Program-made: the position numbers and the translations under genes
Source of the DNA: Caldilineaceae bacterium
GTDB taxonomy: Bacteria > Chloroflexota > Anaerolineae > Caldilineales > Caldilineaceae
Length of the DNA: 64,000 nucleotides
Assembly: GCA_014879855.1 (NCBI GenBank)
Contig: JACSRH010000261.1
Span: 27-64,026 of the forward strand
Direction: 5' to 3'
The notes under the pieces: generated by a model
The model's database searches: none
The model's input: only the letters and a program-made list of their open reading frames with translations
What the model was told of the DNA's origin: nothing
In this document: positions 34,786-49,205 of the stretch, one piece after another
Numbering within the stretch: the stretch's first letter is position 1
How the letters are laid out: each line of letters starts with the position of its first letter

Positions 34786-35412
34786 GTGGTAGACTCCTGG
34801 ATTGTGTATCAGCCAATTATTGTGGGACTGACCGGCAATATTGCCACTGGCAAGAGCACGGTGCTGGCCTATTTGCGTCACAAAGGCGCCCATATCATCG
34901 ACGCCGACCATCTGGCGCATGTCGCATTGGCCGCGGACGGCCCAGCGTACGCCGCGGTGGTGGCGGCGTTTGGTGATAGCATCGTGGCGGACGATGGACA
35001 GATCGACCGGCGCGGTCTAGGGCGCATTGTTTTTGCCGACAAGGAAGCCCTGCGCCGGCTGGAAGCACTGGTTCACCCCGTGGTCTTTCAACTGGCGCAG
35101 GCCGAACTGGCCAACACCACAGCGCCTGTGGTGATCATCGAAGCGATCAAACTGCTCGAATCAGGGCGATTGCTGGCGCTATGTGATGAAATCTGGGTGG
35201 TCACGGCTGATCCCGCGGTGCAGATGGCGCGGCTGCTTCACCAACGCGGCATGAGCGCAGCAGAGGCGCACCAGCGAATGGCGGCGCAGTCGCCGCAGCG
35301 CGAAAAGCGCAAACAGGCCACACGCGTCATCGAAAACAATGGGACCGAGGCAGCCTTGCACGCACAATTAGAAGCCATCTGGTCTGAACTGCTTGCCAAA
35401 CAGACCATGTAA
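34786..35412 (+). CDS. coaE: Dephospho-CoA kinase (start may be GTG 34804)
   Basis: IVGLTGNIATGKST, IDAD, IDRRGLGRIVF, LEALVHP, RMAAQ. Confidence 0.9.
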   Translation: MVDSWIVYQPIIVGLTGNIATGKSTVLAYLRHKGAHIIDADHLAHVALAADGPAYAAVVAAFGDSIVADDGQIDRRGLGRIVFADKEALRRLEALVHPVVFQLAQAELANTTAPVVIIEAIKLLESGRLLALCDEIWVVTADPAVQMARLLHQRGMSAAEAHQRMAAQSPQREKRKQATRVIENNGTEAALHAQLEAIWSELLAKQTM

Positions 35413-35428
35413 ACTGGGTTTGTAAACT

Positions 35429-35620
35429 ATGGAACCGATCAAACGTTTCTGGAACGAACACGCCGTGCTCTCCAATTGGCTTGTACTGACAATTGGCATG
35501 GTGGTAATTCTCTACTTCAGCGCCCGCCATGTGGGATTTGAACCACTCCAGTGGGCGGCGTTAGTCGGTGCAACCGTGGCGCTCGCTGGTCTCTGCGCCT
35601 GGATTATCAACTGGGAATGA
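35429..35620 (+). CDS. Small two-TM hypothetical membrane protein
   Basis: 63 aa with two hydrophobic helices; tight operon spacing between coaE and dnaJ. Confidence 0.6.
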   Translation: MEPIKRFWNEHAVLSNWLVLTIGMVVILYFSARHVGFEPLQWAALVGATVALAGLCAWIINWE

Positions 35621-35645
35621 AAATTTCAGCAACTGATCAATAAAT

Positions 35646-36779
35646 ATGGATAAACAAGATTATTACGAAACCCTGGGTGTGCCACGCGACGCCACCAAGG
35701 ATCAAATCAAAAAAGCCTTTCGCAAATTGGCGCAGCAGCACCATCCTGATGTCAGCAAGTCGGATGACGCGGGCATCCGCTTCAAAGAGATCAACGAGGC
35801 GTATCAAGTGCTCGCTGACGACGAGAAGCGTACGGTCTACGATCGCTACGGCCACGCGGGCCTGCAAGGCGCGGCGGGCGGCGGCTTTGGCGCCGACATG
35901 AGCGGCTTTGGCGATCTGGGCAGTATCTTCGAAGAATTGTTCGGCGGCTTTGGGCGCACAACCGGCGCGTCGAACCGTCGCCAGCCGCGGCGCGGCGCGG
36001 ACCTGCGCGCCGACATTCGCCTGAGTTTTGAGGAAGCCATCTTTGGCGCGGACCGAGATATGGAGATCCCGCGCATGGAAGCCTGCGACCGCTGCCACGG
36101 CGTTGGCGCCGAGCCGCCCACCGCGCCGGTTGTCTGCGCCACGTGCAACGGCAGCGGCGAAGTCAAGCGCCGTCAGCAGAGCCCGCTGTTCGGCACGATT
36201 GTAACTTCCACGCCTTGTTCGACCTGCAACGGCGTGGGAGAAGTCATCCCTTCGCCATGTACAAAATGTCGCGGACGCAAATACATGCGGGTGACGCGCA
36301 AACTCAGCGTCAAAATTCCGGCCGGCGTCGATGAGGGCACGCGCATCCGATTGGCGGGCGAAGGCGAAGCCGGGCAATTTGGCGGGCCGCCCGGCAATCT
36401 CTACGTCGTCGTGTCGGTCGAACCGCACCGATTCTTCGTGCGCGACGGCAGCGACATCTTGCTGGAGCTGCCTATCAATGTTGCGCAGGCGGCGCTGGGC
36501 GCCACCATCAAGATCCCAACGCTAGAGGGTGACACCGAAACAATCGAAGTTCCCCCAGGCACGCAGACCGGCGCGCAATTTCGCAAGCGCGGACTGGGCG
36601 CGCCGCATCTGCAACGCAACGGGCGCGGCGACATGCTGATCACCACGCGCGTCGATGTGCCATCCAAGCTGACCGCAGAGCAAAAGGAACTCTTCCGCCA
36701 GCTCGCCAAGAGTTTTGGCGACGATACAACGCGAGAAGGATCCAAAGGCTTTTTTGACCGGCTTTTCGGCGCAGATTGA
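35646..36779 (+). CDS. dnaJ: Chaperone DnaJ
   Basis: J domain with HPD, G/F-rich region, four CxxC zinc motifs, IPAGVDEG. Confidence 0.95.
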   Translation: MDKQDYYETLGVPRDATKDQIKKAFRKLAQQHHPDVSKSDDAGIRFKEINEAYQVLADDEKRTVYDRYGHAGLQGAAGGGFGADMSGFGDLGSIFEELFGGFGRTTGASNRRQPRRGADLRADIRLSFEEAIFGADRDMEIPRMEACDRCHGVGAEPPTAPVVCATCNGSGEVKRRQQSPLFGTIVTSTPCSTCNGVGEVIPSPCTKCRGRKYMRVTRKLSVKIPAGVDEGTRIRLAGEGEAGQFGGPPGNLYVVVSVEPHRFFVRDGSDILLELPINVAQAALGATIKIPTLEGDTETIEVPPGTQTGAQFRKRGLGAPHLQRNGRGDMLITTRVDVPSKLTAEQKELFRQLAKSFGDDTTREGSKGFFDRLFGAD

Positions 36780-36782
36780 ACA

Positions 36783-36862
36783 AGAGATTAGAGATTGGAG
36801 ATTGCATTACACGATCTCTCTAATCTCCAATCTCCAATCTCTAATCTCTAATCTCCAATCTC
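36783..36862. repeat. GAGATT(G/A) heptamer inverted-repeat hairpin
   Basis: agagattagagattggagattg on the left and ctctaatctccaatctccaatctctaatctctaatctccaatctc on the right. Confidence 0.8.
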
Positions 36863-36882
36863 TTACTCTCCTATCAACTCCT

Positions 36883-37908
36883 ATGTCCAACACTGCCATC
36901 CTGGAAATTTCCGTCGAGTGCGACGCCGAGGCCGCCGAAGCAGTCAGCGAATTGTTCAATCGCTTCAACGGAGGCGATTATGACGCTGACAGCGAAGCCG
37001 GTGAGGCAAGCGGCGGCGGCGCGGTGATCGAGACCACCGGTTACGACGACTTCAACGAGCCGCTCGCTAACGATTTTCGCATTGTCGTGAAGACCTATCT
37101 CAAGCCCGGCGTCCGTGGTGAGCAGATCCGCCGACAGATCGAAGAAGGCCTGTGGTTTCTGTCGCGCATCTATCCCATGCCGGAGCCGCAACTCCAGTGG
37201 CTGCGCGAGGAGGATTGGGCCAACGCCTGGAAGCGCTTTTACAAACCGCTGCGCGTGGGCCGGCATATCTTGCTCAAACCCAGTTGGGAAACCGTCGCCA
37301 TCGCCCCCGACGACATCCTGGTCGAGCTTGATCCGGGCATGGCCTTTGGCACCGGGCTGCATCCCAGCACGCGCCTCTGCATCGCCGCGCTGGAAGATGT
37401 GGTCAAGCCTGGCGATGTGGTGCTGGATGTAGGCGCCGGCAGCGGCGTCCTGTCTATCGTGGCTTACAAGCTGGGCGCGGCCTCGATTCTGGCGACCGAC
37501 ATTGATCCCATCGCCGTCGAGGTGACGCAAGACAACGCGCGGCGCAACGCTGTGCCGCTTGTCGCGCAGCCATCCATCACCGCGCAGCCGGGTATCACCG
37601 CGCAGCCAGGCATCACCGTGCAGCCAGGTATCACCGTGCAGCCGGGCAGCGTGCCGGAGGCGATGCATGGCCGCTTTGACATCATCGTCGCCAATATTCT
37701 GGCCGAGGTGCTGGTCAAACTCTTCGACGCCGCGTATGAGTATCCGCCGTTGGCGGAGCCACTCAAGACGGGCGGGCTGCTGATCCTGGCCGGGATCATC
37801 GCAGAGCGGGTCGATCTGGTGCTTGACGCTGCACAGCGGCGCGGCTGCACGCTGGTCGACCGCAAGCAAGAGGGCGACTGGGTGGCGCTGGTCGTGCGCA
37901 AGGACTAG
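36883..37908 (+). CDS. prmA: Ribosomal protein L11 methyltransferase
   Basis: EDWANAWKRFYKP, LDPGMAFGTGLHPSTRLC, LDVGAGSGVL, VANILA. Confidence 0.92.
   Translation: MSNTAILEISVECDAEAAEAVSELFNRFNGGDYDADSEAGEASGGGAVIETTGYDDFNEPLANDFRIVVKTYLKPGVRGEQIRRQIEEGLWFLSRIYPMPEPQLQWLREEDWANAWKRFYKPLRVGRHILLKPSWETVAIAPDDILVELDPGMAFGTGLHPSTRLCIAALEDVVKPGDVVLDVGAGSGVLSIVAYKLGAASILATDIDPIAVEVTQDNARRNAVPLVAQPSITAQPGITAQPGITVQPGITVQPGSVPEAMHGRFDIIVANILAEVLVKLFDAAYEYPPLAEPLKTGGLLILAGIIAERVDLVLDAAQRRGCTLVDRKQEGDWVALVVRKD
37576..37647 (+). repeat. In-frame 18-bp tandem repeat, four copies, inside prmA
   Basis: atcaccg(c/t)gcagcc(g/a)gg(t/c) x4, encoding IT(A/V)QPG x4. Confidence 0.9.
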
Positions 37909-37917
37909 AGCCAGACG

Positions 37918-38679
<762 letters not shown>

Positions 38680-38701
38680 TCAACCCAATCGCACCACGCG
38701 C

Positions 38702-38731
38702 TTGACGCACAGCACACTTCATAGGTATAAT
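38702..38731 (+). promoter_or_regulatory. sigma70-type promoter for trxB-murJ
   Basis: TTGACG (38702-38707), 18-bp spacer, TATAAT (38726-38731). Confidence 0.65.
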
Positions 38732-38808
38732 GCACTATAAAAAATGTAGTGAGCGACAAGCAATTGAGTTGGGTAAAGTAGCCATAAAGCACGAATAAGG
38801 AGTCAAAC

Positions 38809-39870
<1,062 letters not shown>

Positions 39871-39931
39871 GCAACCATTTGAAAATGACGGTTCTGCTGC
39901 GGAGTCGTCCAGCGGCGGCGATCCACTCGCC

Positions 39932-41530
<1,599 letters not shown>

Positions 41531-41637
41531 AGTGAAGCGAGGTTTGCGCGGAGTGGGGGATCGCGTAGATAATTAGGTTTCAAAATAATGCGCAGCTTTG
41601 AGTTTTGGGTGGAGTTTGATCAGAAAAGGATCTCGCC

Positions 41638-41910
41638 ATGACTGTCAATAAATCAAGACCCCCGGCAAAGGGAAAAAGCTCGGCTAATCCGAGCAATTAC
41701 AGCCAGCTCTACAAACAGAGCGAGCAGAATGCCGTGCAGGGGAAGACTCCAGCGGCAGCAACGGTCGTGCAGCCGGCGACCACCCAGCGCACCTCCGCCG
41801 AGGTTGACTGGAGGACTGAGTATGGCTATGTCTTCAAGGATCTGCGCTATCTGTTGCTGGTCTCTCTAGGGCTTTTTGCGGCAATCGTCATACTCGGCTT
41901 TTTCTTGTAA
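41638..41910 (+). CDS. Small membrane protein with C-terminal TM helix
   Basis: Basic low-complexity N-terminus, EYGYVFKDLR, then a hydrophobic helix; RBS aaagga. Confidence 0.6.
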   Translation: MTVNKSRPPAKGKSSANPSNYSQLYKQSEQNAVQGKTPAAATVVQPATTQRTSAEVDWRTEYGYVFKDLRYLLLVSLGLFAAIVILGFFL

Positions 41911-42565
41911 TCACACGATTGGCAGCCGGCTGGGCGAGCAAAAGCCACGTAGTGGCGTGCACCGCCCAGCAAAGCCAAAAGTTGCGCGTGTAGAAAAACA
42001 GGATCGATGTCATGACCAGGATGGCCGCCTTTACAAAACGGTGCAGCGCGGTAGGTTGATACGCCAGCGAGAACGGTAAAGCGATCAGCGCCGCAATCCA
42101 GATCGACCAATAGCCTGGGACATCCAGTGGCAATTGCAGAATCCCGAGCGCTTCCGCCACAGCGCTGCGCAGAAAACACCAAAACCACTCTTCAGCCCCA
42201 CTCATCGCGATTGCTGCGAGCAGACTCCCTCCAGTAATGGGCATCAGCGCCGCCCTGTCCTGCACTGTTTCTCCACTGGTTAGCAACGACATTCTGGCAA
42301 CGCCGGCCAGCCCAATCATCACAACGGCCAACCCGATGCCGAGGCGCAGGCTTACGATCCAATCCACGTACGCAATCCCCATCAGCCGCGGCGAGACGCC
42401 GCCGGTGATCAACGCCAGGTAAGGGAGCAGCACCCAGCACCCCACCATACTCCACAGCCGCAAACCCGGCCCTAGATAGGGGCGGATTCCCAGCACGACT
42501 ACGCCAGCCAGCAGTGTGATCACCAGCCAAAAGCCAGGGGCATGAAAGCTCAGGAAAGCCTCCAT
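41888..42565 (-). CDS. Membrane protein, degenerate CPBP/Abi-like
   Basis: Multiple TM helices, GAEEWFW and WAVHATTW motifs; TGATG overlap with the mutase stop. Confidence 0.55.
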   Translation of the reverse strand: MEAFLSFHAPGFWLVITLLAGVVVLGIRPYLGPGLRLWSMVGCWVLLPYLALITGGVSPRLMGIAYVDWIVSLRLGIGLAVVMIGLAGVARMSLLTSGETVQDRAALMPITGGSLLAAIAMSGAEEWFWCFLRSAVAEALGILQLPLDVPGYWSIWIAALIALPFSLAYQPTALHRFVKAAILVMTSILFFYTRNFWLCWAVHATTWLLLAQPAANRVITRKSRV

Positions 42566-44256
42566 CACAGGATAACCGGCTCTTCGTAGACGCCCCATGC
42601 CTCGCGCAGGACATCCATCATTTCTTGCAGGGTGGCATACTCATTGACGGCAGCGAGAAGCGGCGCCATGAGGTTGGCATCTTCGCGGCGGGCCGCGTGC
42701 GCAAGGTCGAGCAGGCGCTGGCTCACGGCGCGATTGTCGCGTGTGCGCCGCACGCTGCGGAGCCGCTCAAGTTGCCGGTGATAACCTGCCTCATCGATGC
42801 GCAACAGCGGCACGGACTGCTGCGGCGCATCATTTGCAAAATCAGTCACGCCCACGATGACGCGGCGCCCGCTTTCCACCTCGCGCTGAAAACGCACCGC
42901 GGCTTCGGTAATCTCGCGTTGGAAAAATCCCTCCTCCAGCGCCGGCAGCACACCGCCGTGCTCCTCGATCTGGCGGAAGTAAGCGTATGCCTGACGCTCG
43001 ACCTCGTCCGTCAGCGCCTCGACAAAAAAGGAGCCACCCAGCGGATCGACCGTATTGGTGACCCCGCTCTCGTGGGCGATGATCTGTTGCGTGCGCAGGG
43101 CGACGGTCACAGCCTCTTCGCTGGGCAGGGCGAGCGCCTCGTCGAGCGAGTTGGTGTGCAGGCTCTGCGTGCCGCCCAGCACCGCGGCCAGTGCCTGCAA
43201 GGCCACGCGCGCCACATTGTTGAGCGGCTGCTGCGCGGTGAGACTCACCCCGGCGGTCTGCGTGTGAAAGCGCAACATCCACGACCGCGGCGTTTTGGCG
43301 CCAAAGGTTTCCTTCATCTCGCGCGCCCAGATGCGCCGGGCCGCGCGGTACTTGGCGATCTCCTCGAAAAAGTCATTGTGGGCGTTGAAGAAAAAGGAGA
43401 TGCGCGGCGCAAAGTCATCGACATCCAGCCCGCGCGCAATGGCCCAGCGCACATATTCGAAGCCGTCGGCCAGTGTGAAGGCCAATTCCTGCACAGCCGT
43501 CGAACCGGCCTCCCGAATATGATAGCCGGAGACTGAAATTGGATTCCACAGCGGCATCTGCCGCGCGGCAAACTCCACGGTGTCGGTCACCAGCCGCATC
43601 GACGGCCGCGGCGGAAAGATAAACTCCTTTTGCGCAATATATTCCTTGAGGATGTCATTCTGCAATGTGCCGCCCAGTTTTGCCCGGCTGACGCCCCGCT
43701 TTTCCGCGGCGGCAATATACATCGCCCAGACCATGGCGGCCGGGCTGTTGATGGTCATCGACGTGGTGATGCTCTCCAGCGGCAGCTCGTCCAGCAACAC
43801 TTCCATGTCGGCCAGCGACGAGCAGGCGACGCCGCACAGCCCGAACTCACCCTCAGCTTCGGGTGCGTCCGTGTCATAGCCATACAGCGTGGGCATGTCA
43901 AAGGCGATCGATAGCCCGGTCTGTCCCTGCTGAAGAAGGTACCTGAAACGCTGGTTGGTCTCCTCCGCATCGCCAAATCCGGCGAACATGCGCATCGTCC
44001 ACAGCCGGCCGCGCGGCCCGGTGGCGTGCACCCCGCGCGTGTAAGGATATTCGCCCGGCAGGCCGAGGTCGCGCGCGTAATCGGTGGTGGCGACGTCGCC
44101 ATGCGTGTAGAGTCGCGCGATCGGCATGCCGGAAAGCGTGGTGAATTCCGGGTAGCGCTCGGGGTAGCGCTCCAACGATTTGCGCAGCGCGCCTTCTTCC
44201 CATGCGCGCAGTTGCCCGGTCACTTCATCCAGCGACTTATTATTATAGAGTTGCAT
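42565..44256 (-). CDS. B12-dependent acyl-CoA mutase large subunit, isobutyryl-CoA mutase (IcmA)-like
   Basis: [55 protein letters not shown]; no B12-binding domain (split type). Confidence 0.85.
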   Translation of the reverse strand: MQLYNNKSLDEVTGQLRAWEEGALRKSLERYPERYPEFTTLSGMPIARLYTHGDVATTDYARDLGLPGEYPYTRGVHATGPRGRLWTMRMFAGFGDAEETNQRFRYLLQQGQTGLSIAFDMPTLYGYDTDAPEAEGEFGLCGVACSSLADMEVLLDELPLESITTSMTINSPAAMVWAMYIAAAEKRGVSRAKLGGTLQNDILKEYIAQKEFIFPPRPSMRLVTDTVEFAARQMPLWNPISVSGYHIREAGSTAVQELAFTLADGFEYVRWAIARGLDVDDFAPRISFFFNAHNDFFEEIAKYRAARRIWAREMKETFGAKTPRSWMLRFHTQTAGVSLTAQQPLNNVARVALQALAAVLGGTQSLHTNSLDEALALPSEEAVTVALRTQQIIAHESGVTNTVDPLGGSFFVEALTDEVERQAYAYFRQIEEHGGVLPALEEGFFQREITEAAVRFQREVESGRRVIVGVTDFANDAPQQSVPLLRIDEAGYHRQLERLRSVRRTRDNRAVSQRLLDLAHAARREDANLMAPLLAAVNEYATLQEMMDVLREAWGVYEEPVIL

Positions 44257-44295
44257 GAAGCCTCCCCCCCTTTATCTTTGCTGTACGACGTAGCG

Positions 44296-45258
44296 TTAAG
44301 ACCCCGTTCTTGATAACGACCACAAATCATGCATAAGAAATGTCTGAAAGTCGCTAATTTGCTCGCGTAGTTGCAGGTTTGCTGTCATTTCCGGTCGTGG
44401 GTCAACGTAGTAAACTCCATCCAACCGATTCAGGGCCACCGTATAGCCCAGGAAATGGTTCGTTTTGAATGTCGAATTGATGCCGAAAATACTGTTCCCT
44501 CTTCTGGCGCGCTGCACATCGTGCAGAAAAATAGCAATTACAGGAATGTCTCGCTCAAGCAGCTTGGTTAACAGATATTTGTCGAGAAATATCTTGTCGA
44601 TGCGATCTTTGCTGGTAGTTTTAACGGAGCCGACAACTTCGGTTGGAGTGATGTAGGAAACTTCAGAGGCAATAATCGCCTTGTTTCTGGAAAACACAAG
44701 GTCGAGCTCATAACTCATTCGATAGCCGGGGTTTCCAGGTATGGGAAGATTGATAGTGCGAGGCTCGCACGCTAATCCAACTTCCTGGATGATCAACTTG
44801 ATCAGCGATTCGAAGAGTTGGCCCACCCGTTTTCTTGATTGGTTTGGATTGTCAAAAGAGTCGCCGATACTCCCAATCGATTGTTGAATAGTGTAGACCA
44901 CCTTATTAATCTCACCTGACTGGAAGTGCCGTTGTGCAGGGTCATGGTCTAAAACTGATCTTTGCTGCTTCCTGAGAATTGCTAAGATATCTGCAAATCT
45001 CTCAAATGCAATCCTGAATACGTCAGCACGTTCAAAGAATAAATTGGTGTTTAGCGGACGCGTGATTTTATAACTGTGCTCTGCCGCATATTGATAAAAG
45101 ATATAGTTTCGATGAGTGGGCGAGACGATCCTAGTGAGTTGCGTTTGCTCCATCAAATTCAGGAATGCATCACAAAGTGTGAAATAGTCATCTAATCGTG
45201 TGAACGCGGATCTATCCTGGACACTTGCTTGTAAATCGGATAAGGAATCAGGGTTCAT
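44296..45258 (-). CDS. Type II restriction endonuclease, PD-(D/E)XK, EcoRII/Ecl18kI-like (CCGG family)
   Basis: QSRKRVGQLFE; D-X26-K-X12-D arrangement in ELDLVF...SVKTTSKDRIDKIFLD; ATGA-coupled to the MTase. Confidence 0.7.
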   Translation of the reverse strand: MNPDSLSDLQASVQDRSAFTRLDDYFTLCDAFLNLMEQTQLTRIVSPTHRNYIFYQYAAEHSYKITRPLNTNLFFERADVFRIAFERFADILAILRKQQRSVLDHDPAQRHFQSGEINKVVYTIQQSIGSIGDSFDNPNQSRKRVGQLFESLIKLIIQEVGLACEPRTINLPIPGNPGYRMSYELDLVFSRNKAIIASEVSYITPTEVVGSVKTTSKDRIDKIFLDKYLLTKLLERDIPVIAIFLHDVQRARRGNSIFGINSTFKTNHFLGYTVALNRLDGVYYVDPRPEMTANLQLREQISDFQTFLMHDLWSLSRTGS

Positions 45259-46274
45259 CGAATCGATACCCTTCTCTTGGCGTTATCTAGATCATATTGA
45301 ATCCATTTTTCAATCGCCCACTCTTCAACAAGTTCGATTCGTTGTGTAACCCATTGGCAATAATCAGGTGTAACATCGCACCCTTTCCATTGGCGACGAA
45401 GTTGTTCGGCAACCACCGCGGTTGTCCCTGATCCTAGAAAAGGGTCAATTATCAAATCGCCGATGTTTGAGGCTGCTAAGACAAGTTTCCTAATTAGTTC
45501 TTCTGGCTTTTGGGTTGGATGCGGAGTTTTTTCATGCATTCCGTTACAGGTAGTCGGAATCTCGATGACATCTCTTGGTTTTGCACCTTTGGGATGAGGT
45601 CGCCACAAAGTGTCTTTTGTGTCACGGCTTCTACCATATTGGCTGCTCTCGGCTTGCGGATGTTCAGGATATTTCAAAGTATGATTGCCATACGGTATGC
45701 GTACGTCATCAACATTAAATGTAAAATTGCGACTCTTGCGAAAGTGCAGAATGCTTTCATGTGAACGTCCCCAATCGGAACCAAGATTAGCTTTGTTCTT
45801 GTAGTGCCAGACTAACCAGCGACATCCTGAAAAGTAGCGCGAAGCTGGCAGCTTGAGGTCTGCCAAAATTTCAGAGAAGCCACAAATGTAAAGACTACCA
45901 GTCGGTTTGAGTACTCTCGCTGCTTCTTGAATCCACTGCAAAGACCACGCGACATATTCCTCTTGAGACTCAAATGTATCCCACTCTGCCTTCTTGATGT
46001 TGTAGGGGGGATCGGCAAAAACCAAATCAGCGGATTCACTCTCAAGCGTGCGCAACCAAACAGTTGCATCCCCAAGCCACAGTTCGCCGTTAGGGTGTGA
46101 ATAGTACTGTTCTGGGTGTTTTGTATCGAATTGTGTTAAATCAATTTCTTGAGTTTTGCCTTTCAACATCAGTTGACCAAAAAAAGTAGGAATCTGTTTA
46201 GCGCGCACATAGTCGGTTACGGGTTCTTTCAGATCTGTTGGCTCTAATGGACCTTTATCTTTTTTGTGAGTCAT
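45255..46274 (-). CDS. Beta-class amino (m6A/m4C) DNA methyltransferase
   Basis: Motif IV FADPPY precedes motif I DPFLGSGTT; HPTQKPEEL; start MTHKKD at 46274 after aggaac. Confidence 0.9.
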   Translation of the reverse strand: MTHKKDKGPLEPTDLKEPVTDYVRAKQIPTFFGQLMLKGKTQEIDLTQFDTKHPEQYYSHPNGELWLGDATVWLRTLESESADLVFADPPYNIKKAEWDTFESQEEYVAWSLQWIQEAARVLKPTGSLYICGFSEILADLKLPASRYFSGCRWLVWHYKNKANLGSDWGRSHESILHFRKSRNFTFNVDDVRIPYGNHTLKYPEHPQAESSQYGRSRDTKDTLWRPHPKGAKPRDVIEIPTTCNGMHEKTPHPTQKPEELIRKLVLAASNIGDLIIDPFLGSGTTAVVAEQLRRQWKGCDVTPDYCQWVTQRIELVEEWAIEKWIQYDLDNAKRRVSIR

Positions 46275-46430
46275 CTTTATCTTGTTCCTATGCTTCTGCA
46301 TCTGAGTGAGAGTTCTGACTTGCTTGCAACTTGCATAAGCGATTGAATTTGAACTGTGTGTCTTCATTTTCCATGAAATGGAGATTGTCGCCAAGCCTGG
46401 TCGCGACTGCGCACGCGTCGCCTTCTGTGT

Positions 46431-46459
46431 TTGACGCCGCGGCTTAGAGAATCCATACT
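46431..46459 (+). promoter_or_regulatory. Putative sigma70-type promoter for mccB
   Basis: TTGACG (46431-46436), 17-bp spacer, CATACT (46454-46459). Confidence 0.5.
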
Positions 46460-46499
46460 ACAACGTATCATCCGCTGTCGATCAGGGAGCATACACGCC

Positions 46500-48110
<1,611 letters not shown>

Positions 48111-48125
48111 TGCAAGATTGGTTGC

Positions 48126-49142
48126 GTGATTATCCAGTGGGGGTCATGGTTGGATTATCCTGACATCGGACAGATTAGCGCCAGCCGCCGCCGGCTTGGC
48201 GATTTGGTGCGTGAGACGCCAGTCTGGCGTTGGCAAGGGCTGGATGTGAACGCCATCGTGGGCGAAGAAACGACGGTCTTCCTCAAGCTGGAGCTTTTCC
48301 AGCACACCGGCTCCTTCAAACCGCGCGGTGCGCTCAGCGTGATGCTTGACCTTGCCCCGTCTGCGTTACAGCGTGGCGTCACCGCGGTCAGCGCGGGCAA
48401 CCATGCAATTGCCGTGGCGTTTTCTGCCCGGTTGCTGGGCGCGACGGCAAAGGTGGTGATGCCGAAGACGGCCAATCCTTTCCGCGTAGCGCGCTGCCGC
48501 GCCTTTGGCGCCGAGGTGGAGCTGGTCGATGATGTGGGGCTGGCTTTCTCACGCGTGCAGCAGATCCAAGCGGAGGAAGGGCGCGTCTTTGTGCATCCGT
48601 TCGAAGGGCCTTTGACCGCGCTGGGCACCGCCACGGTGGGGCTGGAGTTTGCCACGCAAGCGCCAGATCTCGATGCCGTGCTCATTCCCATCGGCGGTGG
48701 CGGGTTGTGTGCGGGCATGGCCTGTGCGTTCAAACAAATGCAGCCCGCGTGCCAGGTGTTCGGCGTCGAGCCTGCCGGCGCCGACACGATGCATCGCAGT
48801 TTTCAGGCCGGCTCTCCTCAGGCCATCGACCGGGTGCGCACCATTGCCGACAGCCTGGGCGCTCCTTACGCCTTGCCCTACAGCTTCGAGATGTGTCGCA
48901 CCTTTGTCGATGAACTGGTGCTGATCGACGATCTCGCCATGCAACAGGCCATGGGGCTGCTGTACAATAGCATGAAACTTGCGGTTGAACCGGCTGGCGC
49001 GGCCGCGACCGCGGCGTTATGCGGCCCGTTGCGCGCACGGCTGCGCGGCAAACGGGTCGGCGTTATCGTCTGTGGCGCTAATATCGATCTTGCCACCTTT
49101 TCTGCTCAGGCGGAAGTGGAAAGGGATGCGCCCTGTGCGTGA
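48126..49142 (+). CDS. PLP-dependent threonine/serine dehydratase family, no ACT domain
   Basis: LKLELFQHTGSFKPRGA, SAGNHA, PIGGGGL, VEPAGA, CGANID. Confidence 0.85.
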   Translation: MIIQWGSWLDYPDIGQISASRRRLGDLVRETPVWRWQGLDVNAIVGEETTVFLKLELFQHTGSFKPRGALSVMLDLAPSALQRGVTAVSAGNHAIAVAFSARLLGATAKVVMPKTANPFRVARCRAFGAEVELVDDVGLAFSRVQQIQAEEGRVFVHPFEGPLTALGTATVGLEFATQAPDLDAVLIPIGGGGLCAGMACAFKQMQPACQVFGVEPAGADTMHRSFQAGSPQAIDRVRTIADSLGAPYALPYSFEMCRTFVDELVLIDDLAMQQAMGLLYNSMKLAVEPAGAAATAALCGPLRARLRGKRVGVIVCGANIDLATFSAQAEVERDAPCA

Positions 49143-49205
49143 GCATCGGATTTCGCGAGTGATAGATCGCGCATGACTCATTGCATATTACCTGCAACAT
49201 AACCT

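Larger units (their letters stand above)
44260..46400. other. AT-rich restriction-modification islet
   Basis: Sampled lines about 40-45% GC versus GC-rich flanks; MTase plus REase only, with no mobility gene. Confidence 0.7.

Noticed and set aside
42565-44256. Annotation as ordinary methylmalonyl-CoA mutase
   Set aside because: The carboxylate-binding Tyr and Arg are replaced by Phe and Gln.
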